A stretch of DNA of 58,555 bases from Clostridia bacterium (GCA_017463445.1 JAFTPF010000117.1:1-58555), one strand, 5' to 3'; shown: positions 8,073 to 18,081, counted from the stretch's first letter. Numbers and translations: made by a program. The notes: generated by a model from the letters alone, not told the origin.

Positions 8073-9390
8073 GAAAAAGTCCCGTGAGGTGGTGGTGCGG
8101 CTTGAGGGAAAGCCCTCCGAAAAGCAGGCGCAGTTTTTCGCCTCCCGTGCCCGTTACACCGCTTACGGCGGCGCACGCGGGGGAGGGAAGTCCTGGGCGC
8201 TGCGGCGCAAGCTGATCCTGCTCTGCTTTCGCTATCCCGGTATCACCTGCATCTTAGTGCGCTGCTCCCTGCCCGAGCTGAGAGAGAACCACCTATTTCC
8301 GCTCCTCTCTCAGCTGGGGGACGCGGTGGTCTACAAGGAGTCCACGCACACCTTCACCTTCCCCGGCGGCAGCCGCATCGTGCTGGGGTACTGCGACAAC
8401 GAGCGAGACGTGCTCCGCTATCAGGGACAGGAGTACGACATCATCGCGCTGGACGAAGCCACCCAATTGACCGAGTTTCAGTTTTCCACCTTCAAAGCCT
8501 GTCTGAGAGGCGCAAACAGCTTTCCAAAACGGATCTACCTCACCTGCAATCCCGGCGGGGTGGGTCATGCCTGGGTGAAGCGTTTATTCGTCGATCGGCT
8601 CTTCCGCCAGGGAGAGGATCCTGCCGACTACGCCTTCATCCCTGCGGGGGTGTATGACAATCAAGTGCTTCTGGAAAAGGATCCCGGTTATGTGGCTGGC
8701 TTGCAGTCTCTGCCCGATACCCTGAGGCGAGCGTGGCTGGACGGTAGCTGGGACGTGTTCGAGGGGCAGTTCTTTCCCGAATTTTCCCGTACGCGGCACG
8801 TCTGTGAGCCATTCGAGATCCCGAAGAACTGGAGACGGTTCGGCGGACTGGATTATGGCTTCGATATGCTGGCGGCACTGTGGGCGGCAGAAGATCCCTC
8901 CGACGGGACTGTCTACGTCTATCGGGAGTTTGGCAGGTCGGGGCTGACCCTTACCGCCGCCGCCAAAGCGGTTGCCGAGGCGGGATGCGGTGCGGAGGAA
9001 GCAGACTATTTTGCCGCCTCGCCCGATTTGTGGAACCGCCGTCAGGACACGGGGCTGGCGGGGGTGACGGTGATGAGTGGCGTGGCAGGCTTCCCCACGC
9101 TGATCAAAGCCGATGACCGTCGGGTGATGGGCTGGCGCAATCTGCGGGAGTATCTTTGCGGGGAGGAAGGACGGAGACCGCGACTCCTGATCTTCTCTAC
9201 CTGCACCGAGCTGATCCGCACCCTGCCCGCCCTGCTCCACGATAAGCACCGTCCCGAGGACGCCTCCTCTGAGCCTCACGCAGTCACTCACTTTCCCGAA
9301 GCACTGCGCTACGCTCTGATGGCGGTACCTGTAGGCGACGGCCGCGTGGACCGCACCCGCGATCCTCACGGCGGGATCTTGCGGTGCTGA
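8053..9390 (+). CDS. Terminase large subunit (PBSX/Terminase_3-like)
   Basis: 445 aa; Walker A YGGARGGGKSW, Walker B YDIIALDEA, C-terminal nuclease motifs (GLDYG, EALRY) intact. Confidence 0.9.
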   Translation: MMATRSKKKSREVVVRLEGKPSEKQAQFFASRARYTAYGGARGGGKSWALRRKLILLCFRYPGITCILVRCSLPELRENHLFPLLSQLGDAVVYKESTHTFTFPGGSRIVLGYCDNERDVLRYQGQEYDIIALDEATQLTEFQFSTFKACLRGANSFPKRIYLTCNPGGVGHAWVKRLFVDRLFRQGEDPADYAFIPAGVYDNQVLLEKDPGYVAGLQSLPDTLRRAWLDGSWDVFEGQFFPEFSRTRHVCEPFEIPKNWRRFGGLDYGFDMLAALWAAEDPSDGTVYVYREFGRSGLTLTAAAKAVAEAGCGAEEADYFAASPDLWNRRQDTGLAGVTVMSGVAGFPTLIKADDRRVMGWRNLREYLCGEEGRRPRLLIFSTCTELIRTLPALLHDKHRPEDASSEPHAVTHFPEALRYALMAVPVGDGRVDRTRDPHGGILRC

Positions 9391-9439
9391 TCCTCTCCGA
9401 TTTCCCTTGGCTGATGAAATCGATGAGAGGAGGGTCACC

Positions 9440-9589
9440 GTGACCGAGATTGTTCTGACTCTTGCCGTTGGCGGGGCGGCAGGGCTGGCGGTGGGAATTG
9501 CCGTCGGGTTGTGGATCGGCAGGATACGCCGCAGGCGGCAACGCCTATCATCCACCGCCGACAGCTTTCTGAAGCTGCTGAGACATTAG
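9440..9589 (+). CDS. Small single-pass membrane protein
   Basis: GTG at 9440 preceded by AGGAGG; hydrophobic segment IVLTLAVGGAAGLAVGIAVGLWI then RIRRRRQR; the track start at 9407 (TTG) is less likely. Confidence 0.35.
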   Translation: MTEIVLTLAVGGAAGLAVGIAVGLWIGRIRRRRQRLSSTADSFLKLLRH

Positions 9590-9639
9590 ACGGGGACGGC
9601 GCGCCCTCCCCGAAACAACTGAAATGAAAGGAATTTGGT

Positions 9640-11193
9640 ATGAAACATCAAAAATTGACCACTGCCTGGAAGCAGTACGAGGAGGGGCGGGCGTACAAGC
9701 GTACCGTCGGTCTCTACCGCCGTGTGGATGAGAACGAACGGTTCTACCGCGGCGACCAATGGAAGGGCGTGGACGCAGGCGGTCTGCCCACCCCCGTCTT
9801 CAATCTCATCAAGCGCATCGGATCCTATCTGATCAGCGCGGTGCTTAGCTACAAGCTGACCGTCCGCTACGACGATATGGGCATCCCCTACGCCGACCCC
9901 AGCGACGCAATCCGCAAAAGGGAAGCGACGCTGGAGGCACTCAACCGCGTTACCGCCTGCCGCTGGAAGCAGAGCGGGATGGATACCGTCCTGCGCCGTG
10001 CACTCTACGACGCGATCCTCTCGGGAGACGGCATCTTCTACTGTTGTTTTGATCCCACCCTCCCCGGTGCGGGAGACTTTGCCGGAGACATCCGAACCAC
10101 TACGCTGGACAGCGTGAATTTGTTTGCAGCGGATATGAACTCCGACGATATCCAACACCAGGAATGGCTGATCCTGTCCGGCCGCGCTTCGGTAGATATG
10201 CTTCGCCGCGAGGCAGCCGCCGCCGGTCTGCCCGCCGATCAGGCGGACAGGATCCGCCCCGACCGGGATTACGACGACGGTGCGGGAGATTTTGCTTCCT
10301 ACGAGACAGGCGACAAGGCGACCTATCTGATCCGCTTTTATCGCGACGACGAAGGCTTCGTCTGCTGGGAAAAGTGTACCCGCGAGACGGTCATTCGCGC
10401 GGTTCGCACCGGGATGCGCCGTTATCCCATTGCCATGTTCCATTGGGACACGGTGAAGAACAGCTTCCATGGCTCATCTCCCATCACCGAGCTGATCCAA
10501 AATCAGAAGTACGTCAACAAGGCGTACGCGATGGTGATGAAGCACATGGTAGATACGGCGTTCTCCAAGGTTATCTACGACAAGCGACTGATCCCCGAGT
10601 GGACCAACGAGGTGGGCGAGGCGATTGGCGTGCTCTCGGGCGGCGACGTGTCAAACGTTGCCACCACGCTGGGGGTAGGCGAGATGCAGGATGGCTACCG
10701 CGAGCTGATCGATTCGGTGATAGAGAACACGAAAGAGCTGACCGGTGCCACCGAGATCGTGCTGGGTGAAGCGGATCCCAACAATACCTCCGCCATCATC
10801 GCCCTGCGCGAGATGGCAGAGGTGCCGCTGGATCAGGTACGGGCGAGCATTGCCGCCTGTATGGAAGAGCTGGCACTGATCTGGCTGGAGATGATGCGGG
10901 AGTATTTCCCCGACATCCGCAGTTATGCGGATGGGGAGGGTGTGGTCTGCCTGGATCTGGCGTGCCTGCCTGCCGATTCGGTAAACGCCTACGTGGACAG
11001 CGGTGCCAGCAGACGGTTCTCCCAGTCGATGCTGCTTTCCACTCTGCAGAGCCTGCTGGATGCGGGACATATCACCTTTGCCGAGTATCTGGAGCGTCTG
11101 CCTGAGGGCGTCCTCACCGATAAGGACAAGCTGCTTGCTCGCGCCAGAGGGGATCTTGCCGACGCAGACGTAGGGGGGGACGCCAATGGATGA
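9640..11193 (+). CDS. Phage portal protein
   Basis: 517 aa; position after TerL; N-terminal ERFYRGDQW motif typical of SPP1-type portals. Confidence 0.8.
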   Translation: MKHQKLTTAWKQYEEGRAYKRTVGLYRRVDENERFYRGDQWKGVDAGGLPTPVFNLIKRIGSYLISAVLSYKLTVRYDDMGIPYADPSDAIRKREATLEALNRVTACRWKQSGMDTVLRRALYDAILSGDGIFYCCFDPTLPGAGDFAGDIRTTTLDSVNLFAADMNSDDIQHQEWLILSGRASVDMLRREAAAAGLPADQADRIRPDRDYDDGAGDFASYETGDKATYLIRFYRDDEGFVCWEKCTRETVIRAVRTGMRRYPIAMFHWDTVKNSFHGSSPITELIQNQKYVNKAYAMVMKHMVDTAFSKVIYDKRLIPEWTNEVGEAIGVLSGGDVSNVATTLGVGEMQDGYRELIDSVIENTKELTGATEIVLGEADPNNTSAIIALREMAEVPLDQVRASIAACMEELALIWLEMMREYFPDIRSYADGEGVVCLDLACLPADSVNAYVDSGASRRFSQSMLLSTLQSLLDAGHITFAEYLERLPEGVLTDKDKLLARARGDLADADVGGDANG

Positions 11194-11548
11194 GCATCGC
11201 CCCGTTCTCACTGTACCGGAGCAGCAAGATGAGCGGATGGCTTTTAACGAAGCGTATCCCGATGTTTCCTGGGACTCGGTTCCGGACGCGGTGAAGGAAA
11301 ACGCCCGTCTGAAAGAGATCCCCGTGGCTGCTGCCTACTGCCTTCACCTCCAGCGGAGGGAACAGGCGAAAAAGACCGCCGCATCTGCGTATCAGCGAGC
11401 TGTGGCAGAATCTCCGGGCGTCCCTGTGGGTGCCTTGGGAGAAAGACTGTATTCTATCGACGAGATGCGAGAAATGACCTCCAAAGAGGTCAAGAGTCGC
11501 TATCACACCCTGCTTGCCAGTCTCAAACGGGGCTTTTCCAAATGGTGA
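11186..11548 (+). CDS. Scaffold-like/minor head protein
   Basis: 120 aa; overlaps portal stop; position between portal and capsid genes; helical charged C-terminus. Confidence 0.4.
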   Translation: MDEHRPVLTVPEQQDERMAFNEAYPDVSWDSVPDAVKENARLKEIPVAAAYCLHLQRREQAKKTAASAYQRAVAESPGVPVGALGERLYSIDEMREMTSKEVKSRYHTLLASLKRGFSKW

Positions 11549-11589
11549 GCAGGCAAACGAATTCATATTAAAAAAGGAGAATTTATATT

Positions 11590-12414
11590 ATGGCAACTAA
11601 AAACTTTATTCCTACCGTTTGGAGCGAAACTTTGCTCCAGTCCCTTGATAAGGAGTACGTAGCGGTCATGAACTGCAACCGCTCCTTTGAGGGCGAGATC
11701 CGCAATCTGGGCGACAGCGTTGTGATCAATTCCATCGGTCCCATCAGTGTGTTCGACTACACCGCCGATACCGATATGAACGCCCCTGAAGCACTGGCAG
11801 AGGGCACCTCCGTCAACCTGAACATCGACCGCGCCAAGGCCTTCTGCTTCCAGATCGACGACGTGGACCGCGTACAGGCAAAGCCCGATCTGATGAAGAC
11901 CGCCATGAAAGAAGCGGCGTGCGCTCTTGCGGAAGAGGCGGACAAGTACATTTACTCCCTCTACTCCAAGTGCCCCAGAGAAAATTCGATCACTCTGTCC
12001 GGCATCAGCGCCGACAACATCGTGGATCTTGTGATCGAGGCAAGAGAGATCCTGATGAAGAACAATGTCAACAGTAACACGGAAGTGGTTCTGGAGGTAT
12101 CTCCCACCATTGCGGCGCAGATCCTCAAAGCCAAGATCCTGACCGGCACCGACAACACCTCCGCTCTGAACAACGGCTACCTGGGCAGCTTCGTAGGCTT
12201 TGACGTTTACGTATCCAATAACATTTCGGAAGACGGCGGAATCTATCATTGCATGGCTCGTACCAAGCGTGCGGTCGCCTTTGCGGAGCAGCTGAAGAGC
12301 GTCGAGGCGTTCCGTCCCGAAAAGCGTTTTGCCGACGCGGTGAAGGGTCTCCATCTGTACGGTGCGGAGCTGATCTACCCCAACGAGATGGTGGTTCTGA
12401 ACCTGTCCTTATAA
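11590..12414 (+). CDS. Major capsid protein candidate
   Basis: 274 aa; strongest RBS of the module (AAAGGAGA); N-terminus NFIPTVWSETLL...GDSVVIN resembles small Firmicute-phage capsid proteins; follows scaffold-like gene. Confidence 0.65.
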   Translation: MATKNFIPTVWSETLLQSLDKEYVAVMNCNRSFEGEIRNLGDSVVINSIGPISVFDYTADTDMNAPEALAEGTSVNLNIDRAKAFCFQIDDVDRVQAKPDLMKTAMKEAACALAEEADKYIYSLYSKCPRENSITLSGISADNIVDLVIEAREILMKNNVNSNTEVVLEVSPTIAAQILKAKILTGTDNTSALNNGYLGSFVGFDVYVSNNISEDGGIYHCMARTKRAVAFAEQLKSVEAFRPEKRFADAVKGLHLYGAELIYPNEMVVLNLSL

Positions 12415-12433
12415 CAGAAAGTAGGCGAGCACA

Positions 12434-12937
12434 GTGAAAAACGCTGAGGTTTTGCGGATGGCGGAAGCCTTACTGACTCCTGCCGTCCAGGTGAGCAGCT
12501 CGTCCTCGTCATCCTCGTCTACTACTCCCGATGACGGAGCTACCGAGGAAGGGGACAACACCATCGATCAGCTCTCGCTGGTAACGGTTACTACTCCCAT
12601 CGACGGTGCGTCGGGTACGGCGGCGTCTACTACCATCGTGACGGTGGCGGTGGACGATCCCCGAATCAAGGAGCGGCTCCGCATCCTGCTGGAGACCACC
12701 GTACGCCTGCTTTACCCCAAGGGGTTGCTGGCAGGAGTATCCCTGCCCGTGCCTGCGTACCCGTTGGTGGGAGAGGGCGAGTTTCCTCTTCCCGATGGTC
12801 TGGCGGCTGCCGCGGCGTATCACACGGCGTGGCTGCTGACCGGCGAGACTAGGCTGGCGACTGCCTTTGATGAGGCGATGGAGATCTATTACGCTTCGCT
12901 GGAAGCGTGCGTAGCACCGATCGTCCGAAAGCATTGA
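12434..12937 (+). CDS. Head-tail connector/adaptor-like protein with Ser/Thr-rich N-terminal region
   Basis: 167 aa (GTG 12434; alternative ATG 12458); position after capsid gene; SSSSSSSSSTT tract. Confidence 0.4.
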   Translation: MKNAEVLRMAEALLTPAVQVSSSSSSSSSTTPDDGATEEGDNTIDQLSLVTVTTPIDGASGTAASTTIVTVAVDDPRIKERLRILLETTVRLLYPKGLLAGVSLPVPAYPLVGEGEFPLPDGLAAAAAYHTAWLLTGETRLATAFDEAMEIYYASLEACVAPIVRKH

Positions 12938-12978
12938 CAACAAAAGAAGACCCGCGTCTGGCGGGTCTTCTTTTGTTG
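12938..12978. terminator. Bidirectional terminator exactly filling the gap between convergent stops
   Basis: 18-bp perfect inverted repeat CAACAAAAGAAGACCCGC-GTCTG-GCGGGTCTTCTTTTGTTG between stops at 12935-12937 and 12979-12981. Confidence 0.75.
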
Positions 12979-14175
12979 TCAGTCCCATTTGATCTGCCAA
13001 CGGGGGCTGATCTTACCGTCGGGCGAGGACGCTGACGCGGCGGCGCCGGTTTTGGAAGCGGCGATCCGCTTGGCAAGAAGCGCGTCAAAGCGTGCTGTGT
13101 CCGCATCGGACAGGGGAAGCGAGACTTTCCGTCCCTCCCAGGAGGAGAGATAGGCGGCGTTGGCAAGGGTCAGCATGGCGATGCCTTCTCTGCCGTCGGC
13201 AACAAGCGGTGTGCCTGTGAGGATCGCCTCGGCAAAATCGGCAAGGACGCCAGCGTGCGCCCGCTCGGGGGCAGAGGCGGTGATTTCGGTGACGGTGGGC
13301 TTGATGCTGCAAGAGGCGGTGACGGCAGTTCGGATATGCTGGTCTGCCGAGAATCCGTTATCAAAGTGACGGAGCATGCCGCCCTCCAACACGATCTTGC
13401 CCCGATCGCCCACGATCTCCAGACGGTTGGTGCCGGGATATTCGCCGGTGGTGGTGATAAACTGGGCTGTGGCGCCGTTTTCGTATTCCATGGTGAGGAT
13501 CGCCTCATCCTCCACCTCGACATTGTGGTATTTACCCGAGGTACAGGTGGCGGTGAGAGCGCAGGGCATTCCGAAGATCCATTGCAGCAGATCCAGGTTG
13601 TGGGGGGCTTGATTAAGAAGCACGCCGCCACCCTCACCGGAATAACTGCCTCGCCAGTCGCCGCTTTTGTAGTAGGCGTCGGTGCGGTACCAGTTGGTGA
13701 TGATCCAGGTCAGACGGTGCATCTTGCCCAACGTGCCGTTCTGCACCATCGTGCGGGCTTTTTGGAACAGCTCGCCGGTGCGCTGATTGAACATGATGCC
13801 GAACACTTTTCCTGAGCGGTCGGCGGCTTCGTTCATCTGCTGAACGTCCGACACTCGCACGCCTGCGGGCTTTTCGGTGATGACGTGGAGTCCCGCTTCA
13901 AAGGCGGCCATCGCCATCGGCGGGTGGAAGTAGTGGGGCGTGGCGATGAGAACGGCGTCGGCAAGCTTGGCGGCGAGCATCTCGTCATAGTCGGTAAAGC
14001 GGGGAACGAGAGGAGCTTTTGCCTCCGCCAAAGCAAGCCGGTCGGGGTTGATATCGCAGACCGCGACAAGCTCCACGTTTGGCACTTTGCCCGTCAGGAT
14101 ATTCATCATGTGGGCGGAGCCCATGTTGCCGAGCCCTACAATGGCAAGGCGGAGTTTTCGGGAAGTCATGGTCAT
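12979..14175 (-). CDS. Gfo/Idh/MocA family oxidoreductase
   Basis: 398 aa; N-terminal Rossmann LRLAIVGLGNMG; family-typical length; overlaps uxaC stop. Confidence 0.9.
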   Translation of the reverse strand: MTMTSRKLRLAIVGLGNMGSAHMMNILTGKVPNVELVAVCDINPDRLALAEAKAPLVPRFTDYDEMLAAKLADAVLIATPHYFHPPMAMAAFEAGLHVITEKPAGVRVSDVQQMNEAADRSGKVFGIMFNQRTGELFQKARTMVQNGTLGKMHRLTWIITNWYRTDAYYKSGDWRGSYSGEGGGVLLNQAPHNLDLLQWIFGMPCALTATCTSGKYHNVEVEDEAILTMEYENGATAQFITTTGEYPGTNRLEIVGDRGKIVLEGGMLRHFDNGFSADQHIRTAVTASCSIKPTVTEITASAPERAHAGVLADFAEAILTGTPLVADGREGIAMLTLANAAYLSSWEGRKVSLPLSDADTARFDALLAKRIAASKTGAAASASSPDGKISPRWQIKWD

Positions 14176-15545
14176 ACCTCAGGAAAGAGACGGTTTTTGA
14201 TATTCTTGTAGCAGATCTTTTCTGCGAGGGGAAGGGCAGCTTCTTGGGCGAACTCGCCCGCGTCCACCATCTCACCGATGAAGGTGCAGAGGATGCGGCG
14301 GAAGTAGTCGTGGCGGGTGTAGGAGAGGAAGCTGCGGGAGTCGGTGAGCATCCCGTAGAAGGAGGCGATCTGCCCCATCTCGGAGATAGACTGCATCACC
14401 CGGCGGATACCGCCGGTGTGGTCCATGAACCACCAGGCGGCGCCTACCTGTACGCCCCGGAAGGAGCCGGCAACCGAGACCATGGCGTCCAGCATGGAGG
14501 GGTTCAGCGTGTACAGAACGGTGGCGGGGAGACCGTCATTTTCCTCCATTGCGGCAAGAAGCTTCGACTGTGCGGCGGCGGGGATGGGATCGTCGATGCA
14601 GTCTCCGCCTGCGTCCACGCCGACAGTGGCAAAGAGGGAAGGGTTCACGTTCCGCTGGACGGCAAGATGGAGCTGGGAGAGCAGTCCACGCTTTTTGTAC
14701 ATCTTGGAGAGATCGATCAGGGCACGGCTGAGGAAGGCGTCGAACTCGGCGTTGGAAATAGTTTCACCGGAGAAAATCTTCGCAAATGCCGTCTCTGCCT
14801 CGGCTGTAGTACCGACGGAGAGCGGGAAGGCAGGGATGCCCAGGTCGGTAACACGGCAGCCGTTTTCCACGAAAAAGTCGAGGCGGGACTCGGCGGCGCG
14901 AAGCAGGGAAGCGTAGTCGGTGATGGAAACTCCTGCGGCGGCCGAGAGACGGGTGAGATATTCCTTGTAATCTGCGGCACGGCAGAGCAGCATCTTGTCG
15001 GGGCGGTAGGAGGGGATCACCGTGCAGGTGAAGCTCTCGTCCGCGGCGATCTTCTCGTGCCACTCCAGACTGTCGGCAGGATCGTCGGTGGTAGCCACCA
15101 GCGCAACATTGCTCATTTCGATGAGCTTGCGGGGAGAGAGGGCGCGCTCTTTAATCGCAAGAGCCGCGCGGTCGTAGATCTCGTCGGAATTTTCGGGAGT
15201 CAGCTGCTCTTCGATACCGAAGTAGGCGGCAAGCTCCAGCTTGGTCCACAGATAGAGGGGATTGCCTGCGGCGTACCTGATCGCCTGGGCGTAGGCGCGG
15301 AGCTTTTCCCGCGGGGAGGCGTCGCCGGTGATGTACTTCTCCTCGATGCCGCTCTGGCGCATCAGCCGCCACTTGTAGTGGTCACCCGCAAGCCAGAGGG
15401 TGGTCAGGTCGGAGGCGGGCTTGTCCTCGTAGATCTCTTTCGGTGAGAGATGGCAGTGATAATCGTAGATAGGCAGGTCTTTGACTGCGTTATAGAGCGT
15501 CTTGGCGCATTCGCCGCGAAGTAACAGGTTTTTCATGGCAGGCAT
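14172..15545 (-). CDS. uxaC: Glucuronate isomerase
   Basis: 457 aa; DLPIYDYHCHLSPKEI and overall UxaC pattern. Confidence 0.9.
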   Translation of the reverse strand: MPAMKNLLLRGECAKTLYNAVKDLPIYDYHCHLSPKEIYEDKPASDLTTLWLAGDHYKWRLMRQSGIEEKYITGDASPREKLRAYAQAIRYAAGNPLYLWTKLELAAYFGIEEQLTPENSDEIYDRAALAIKERALSPRKLIEMSNVALVATTDDPADSLEWHEKIAADESFTCTVIPSYRPDKMLLCRAADYKEYLTRLSAAAGVSITDYASLLRAAESRLDFFVENGCRVTDLGIPAFPLSVGTTAEAETAFAKIFSGETISNAEFDAFLSRALIDLSKMYKKRGLLSQLHLAVQRNVNPSLFATVGVDAGGDCIDDPIPAAAQSKLLAAMEENDGLPATVLYTLNPSMLDAMVSVAGSFRGVQVGAAWWFMDHTGGIRRVMQSISEMGQIASFYGMLTDSRSFLSYTRHDYFRRILCTFIGEMVDAGEFAQEAALPLAEKICYKNIKNRLFPEV

Positions 15546-15687
15546 CCTTTCTGCGTAATTTCATACTGTCTATCATTGTAGCACATTACGGATCGGCTGT
15601 CAACCGAAGGCAGGGAAAAGCCGTAGGATTTTTGTATATTTTTGCTCGGAAATAGTTGTAAAAATCACAGATTTTCTACCGCCAGCC

Positions 15688-15715
15688 TTGACAAACCAAT
15701 CGGGTATAGTATAAT
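15688..15715 (+). promoter_or_regulatory. Sigma-A promoter of SBP1
   Basis: TTGACA (15688-15693), 16-nt spacer, TATAAT (15710-15715). Confidence 0.5.
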
Positions 15716-15801
15716 AAGGTTAGAATCGGATGGAATGATCGTCGCACGCGGCGACGATCATAAACGATCGATAATATGTGTTTCGAAAGGAAAATGAACA
15801 A

Positions 15802-17322
15802 ATGAAAAAGAGACTTACGGCACTTTTGCTCAGTGTTGCCATGTGTATGGGCTCCGTTCTTCTGTTGGCGTCCTGCGTCGCAACCGAAGAAAATGATTCT
15901 GCTACTACCGACGGCAACATCACCGGCGATCCGTCCGGTGAATATGACGTGACCGATCTGCCTAAGGTGGATATGGAGGGCGCGGTGATCGGCTTCTGCA
16001 TCGCGGAGACCGACGGCGATTACTTCCATCTGCGCTCCATCCGCTCCGATGATGAGGAGAGCGAGGACACCGTTGACGTTGCGGTCAGAACGCGCAACGC
16101 CAAGATCGAGAACTATTTCAATTGCACCATCGAAGTTGTGGACTACATTCCCGGCGGTCTGAACAAGACCATCCAGAGCCAGCTGCTTGCAGGCGTGTCC
16201 GAGTACGACATTCTGGGTGCCCGTCAGTACGATGACGTTCAGCTGGCGCTGCGCGGTATCGTGTATGATCTGAGCAAGCTGGAAGAGGATTACCCTGAGG
16301 CAAAAGGCTATATGAATCTGGACGCTGAATATTGGCCTCAGGCCTACAATGACGGTCTGAAGGTGGGTAACGGTACCTATTGGGTCACCGGCGACCTTTG
16401 TCTGCGCTATTCCGGCGGTTACTACTGCTACTTCGTCAATCATGTTCTGTACAATGAGCTGCTCCAGAAGGATTACGGCAATGTATACGATCTGGTGCGT
16501 GAGGGAAAATGGTCTCTGGATCTGCTTACTACGATGAGCGCTGCCTGCTGGGGTGAGGATACCGACGATAAGACCACCGCAGATGACCGTCTCGGCGTTG
16601 CACAGCCCGTACACGACAACACCAACGGCCTGGCAGTCTCCTCCGGCGTACAGTTCTCTTACCGTCACGAGGACGGTAGCGTTGAGCTGACCTTCCATTC
16701 GGGCAACCCTTTGCTGGTCTCCTTTATGGATAAGTTCTACAATCTGCTGTGTGCACAGGGCGTTTACGATTACGGCTCCGATATGCCCGGCGCTATGAAC
16801 AAATTCGCGGCAGGCGAGGCAGTTTTTGCGGGCGGCCGTCTGAATCAGGCGGAGCTGTATCTGCAGTTTATGGATGACAATTACGGCATTCTCCCCAATC
16901 CCAAGCTGACCGCAGATCAGACCGACTATTATTCCTCCATCCACGACGGTGTGTCTCTGTACGGCATCAACAATGCCAGCCTGCAGATCCCTTACGCGGC
17001 TCTGATCTTGGAGGCAATGGAGATGGAATCCCGTAAAACCGTTCGTCCTACCTACTTCGATTCTGCCGTGAAGATCGTTTACTCCCGCGGCAGTGACGAC
17101 GCAGAGATGATCGACCTGATGGACCGTACCGCTTACTCCGATTTCGTTTACGTCTGGCAGTTCTCCGCGGAGATGAACGGCATGGGCGGATGGCTTCGGA
17201 ATAACATTACTTCCAAAGGCTCTACCGGTCTGAAACGCGTGCAGGGCTCTTGGTCTACGGGCTTGGAAGATATTATGGAAGCTATCGAGAAGCTGGAGAA
17301 TGCTTCCGAGGGCGAAGCTTAA
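15802..17322 (+). CDS. Extracellular solute-binding lipoprotein (ABC-type), paralogue 1
   Basis: MKKRLTALLLSVAMCMGSVLLLASC lipobox; ~500-aa SBP; ATG 15802 has an RBS; track start 15778 is GTG upstream. Confidence 0.8.
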   Translation: MKKRLTALLLSVAMCMGSVLLLASCVATEENDSATTDGNITGDPSGEYDVTDLPKVDMEGAVIGFCIAETDGDYFHLRSIRSDDEESEDTVDVAVRTRNAKIENYFNCTIEVVDYIPGGLNKTIQSQLLAGVSEYDILGARQYDDVQLALRGIVYDLSKLEEDYPEAKGYMNLDAEYWPQAYNDGLKVGNGTYWVTGDLCLRYSGGYYCYFVNHVLYNELLQKDYGNVYDLVREGKWSLDLLTTMSAACWGEDTDDKTTADDRLGVAQPVHDNTNGLAVSSGVQFSYRHEDGSVELTFHSGNPLLVSFMDKFYNLLCAQGVYDYGSDMPGAMNKFAAGEAVFAGGRLNQAELYLQFMDDNYGILPNPKLTADQTDYYSSIHDGVSLYGINNASLQIPYAALILEAMEMESRKTVRPTYFDSAVKIVYSRGSDDAEMIDLMDRTAYSDFVYVWQFSAEMNGMGGWLRNNITSKGSTGLKRVQGSWSTGLEDIMEAIEKLENASEGEA

Positions 17323-17358
17323 TCCAAATAGACTTCCGAATCAATCGCAACAGTTGAC

Positions 17359-17393
17359 AAAACCGACGGATCGCTCCGTCGGTTTTGTTTTTC
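17359..17393 (+). terminator. Intrinsic terminator after SBP1
   Basis: AAAACCGACGGA-TCGC-TCCGTCGGTTTT followed by GTTTTTC. Confidence 0.8.
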
Positions 17394-17458
17394 GATCTCC
17401 GATCTCAACGGGGAAATCTGTGAAAATTGTAAACAATGTAGAAATTTTCAATTGCCTC

Positions 17459-17486
17459 TTGACAAAGCAGAGTTTTATGGTATAAT
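17459..17486 (+). promoter_or_regulatory. Sigma-A promoter of phosphoribosyltransferase gene
   Basis: TTGACA, 16-nt spacer, TGgTATAAT. Confidence 0.6.
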
Positions 17487-17523
17487 GTTGTATAAGAATA
17501 CTCACAAATGCCGAGGAATGTTT

Positions 17524-18081
17524 ATGAAATATTACGAGATGCAGGTGGCAGGACTTACCAGACGGCTCCCCATTTGCCCGCTTAGCGACGATCTTTCCAT
17601 TGCCGGATTCGTGATCTTCGGCGATCAGGAGCTGACCGTTTCCTGCGCCCGCCAGCTGCTTGCGAAGGCGCCCGATTACGATTATCTGATCACAGCCGAG
17701 GCAAAAGGCATTCCGCTTGCTCACGAAATGGCACGGCAGAGAGGGGACCGGCGCTATCTGGTCGCCCGTAAAGCTACCAAATTATATATGACCGACATCG
17801 TCGGCGTGGAGGTGCGTTCTATCACTACCGACAGAGTCCAGCACCTGTACATCGACGGTGAGGACGCGGCTCTGATGAAGGGCAAAAGGATCCTGGTGGT
17901 GGACGACGTGATCTCTACCGGCGAGAGCCTGCGCGCCGTGGAAACGCTGGTAGAATCGGTGGGCGGCATCGTCTGCGGACGTATGGCGATCCTTGCCGAA
18001 GGCTCTGCCGCGGATCGGGACGACATCATCTATCTGGAAAAGCTTCCGTTGTTTACTCCCGACGGAACGCCGCTCTCCTGA
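17524..18081 (+). CDS. Phosphoribosyltransferase family protein (adenine PRT / PurR effector-domain like)
   Basis: PRPP loop ILVVDDVISTGES; ATG 17524 follows GAGGAA; track start 17452 lies upstream of the promoter -10. Confidence 0.75.
   Translation: MKYYEMQVAGLTRRLPICPLSDDLSIAGFVIFGDQELTVSCARQLLAKAPDYDYLITAEAKGIPLAHEMARQRGDRRYLVARKATKLYMTDIVGVEVRSITTDRVQHLYIDGEDAALMKGKRILVVDDVISTGESLRAVETLVESVGGIVCGRMAILAEGSAADRDDIIYLEKLPLFTPDGTPLS

Larger units (their letters stand above)
7586..12978 (+). mobile_element. Phage-derived head-morphogenesis/DNA-packaging module without tail, lysis, integration or regulation genes
   Basis: Seven co-oriented, tightly packed or overlapping genes (TerS, TerL, small TM, portal, scaffold-like, capsid, connector-like), flanked by S8 peptidase and sugar-acid genes. 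Confidence 0.65.

Noticed and set aside
7170-12978. Complete or inducible prophage.
   Set aside because: No integrase, repressor, replication, tail, holin or endolysin genes lie on either side. Only an 8-mer (AACAAAAG) is shared between the two borders, which is not credible as att sites.
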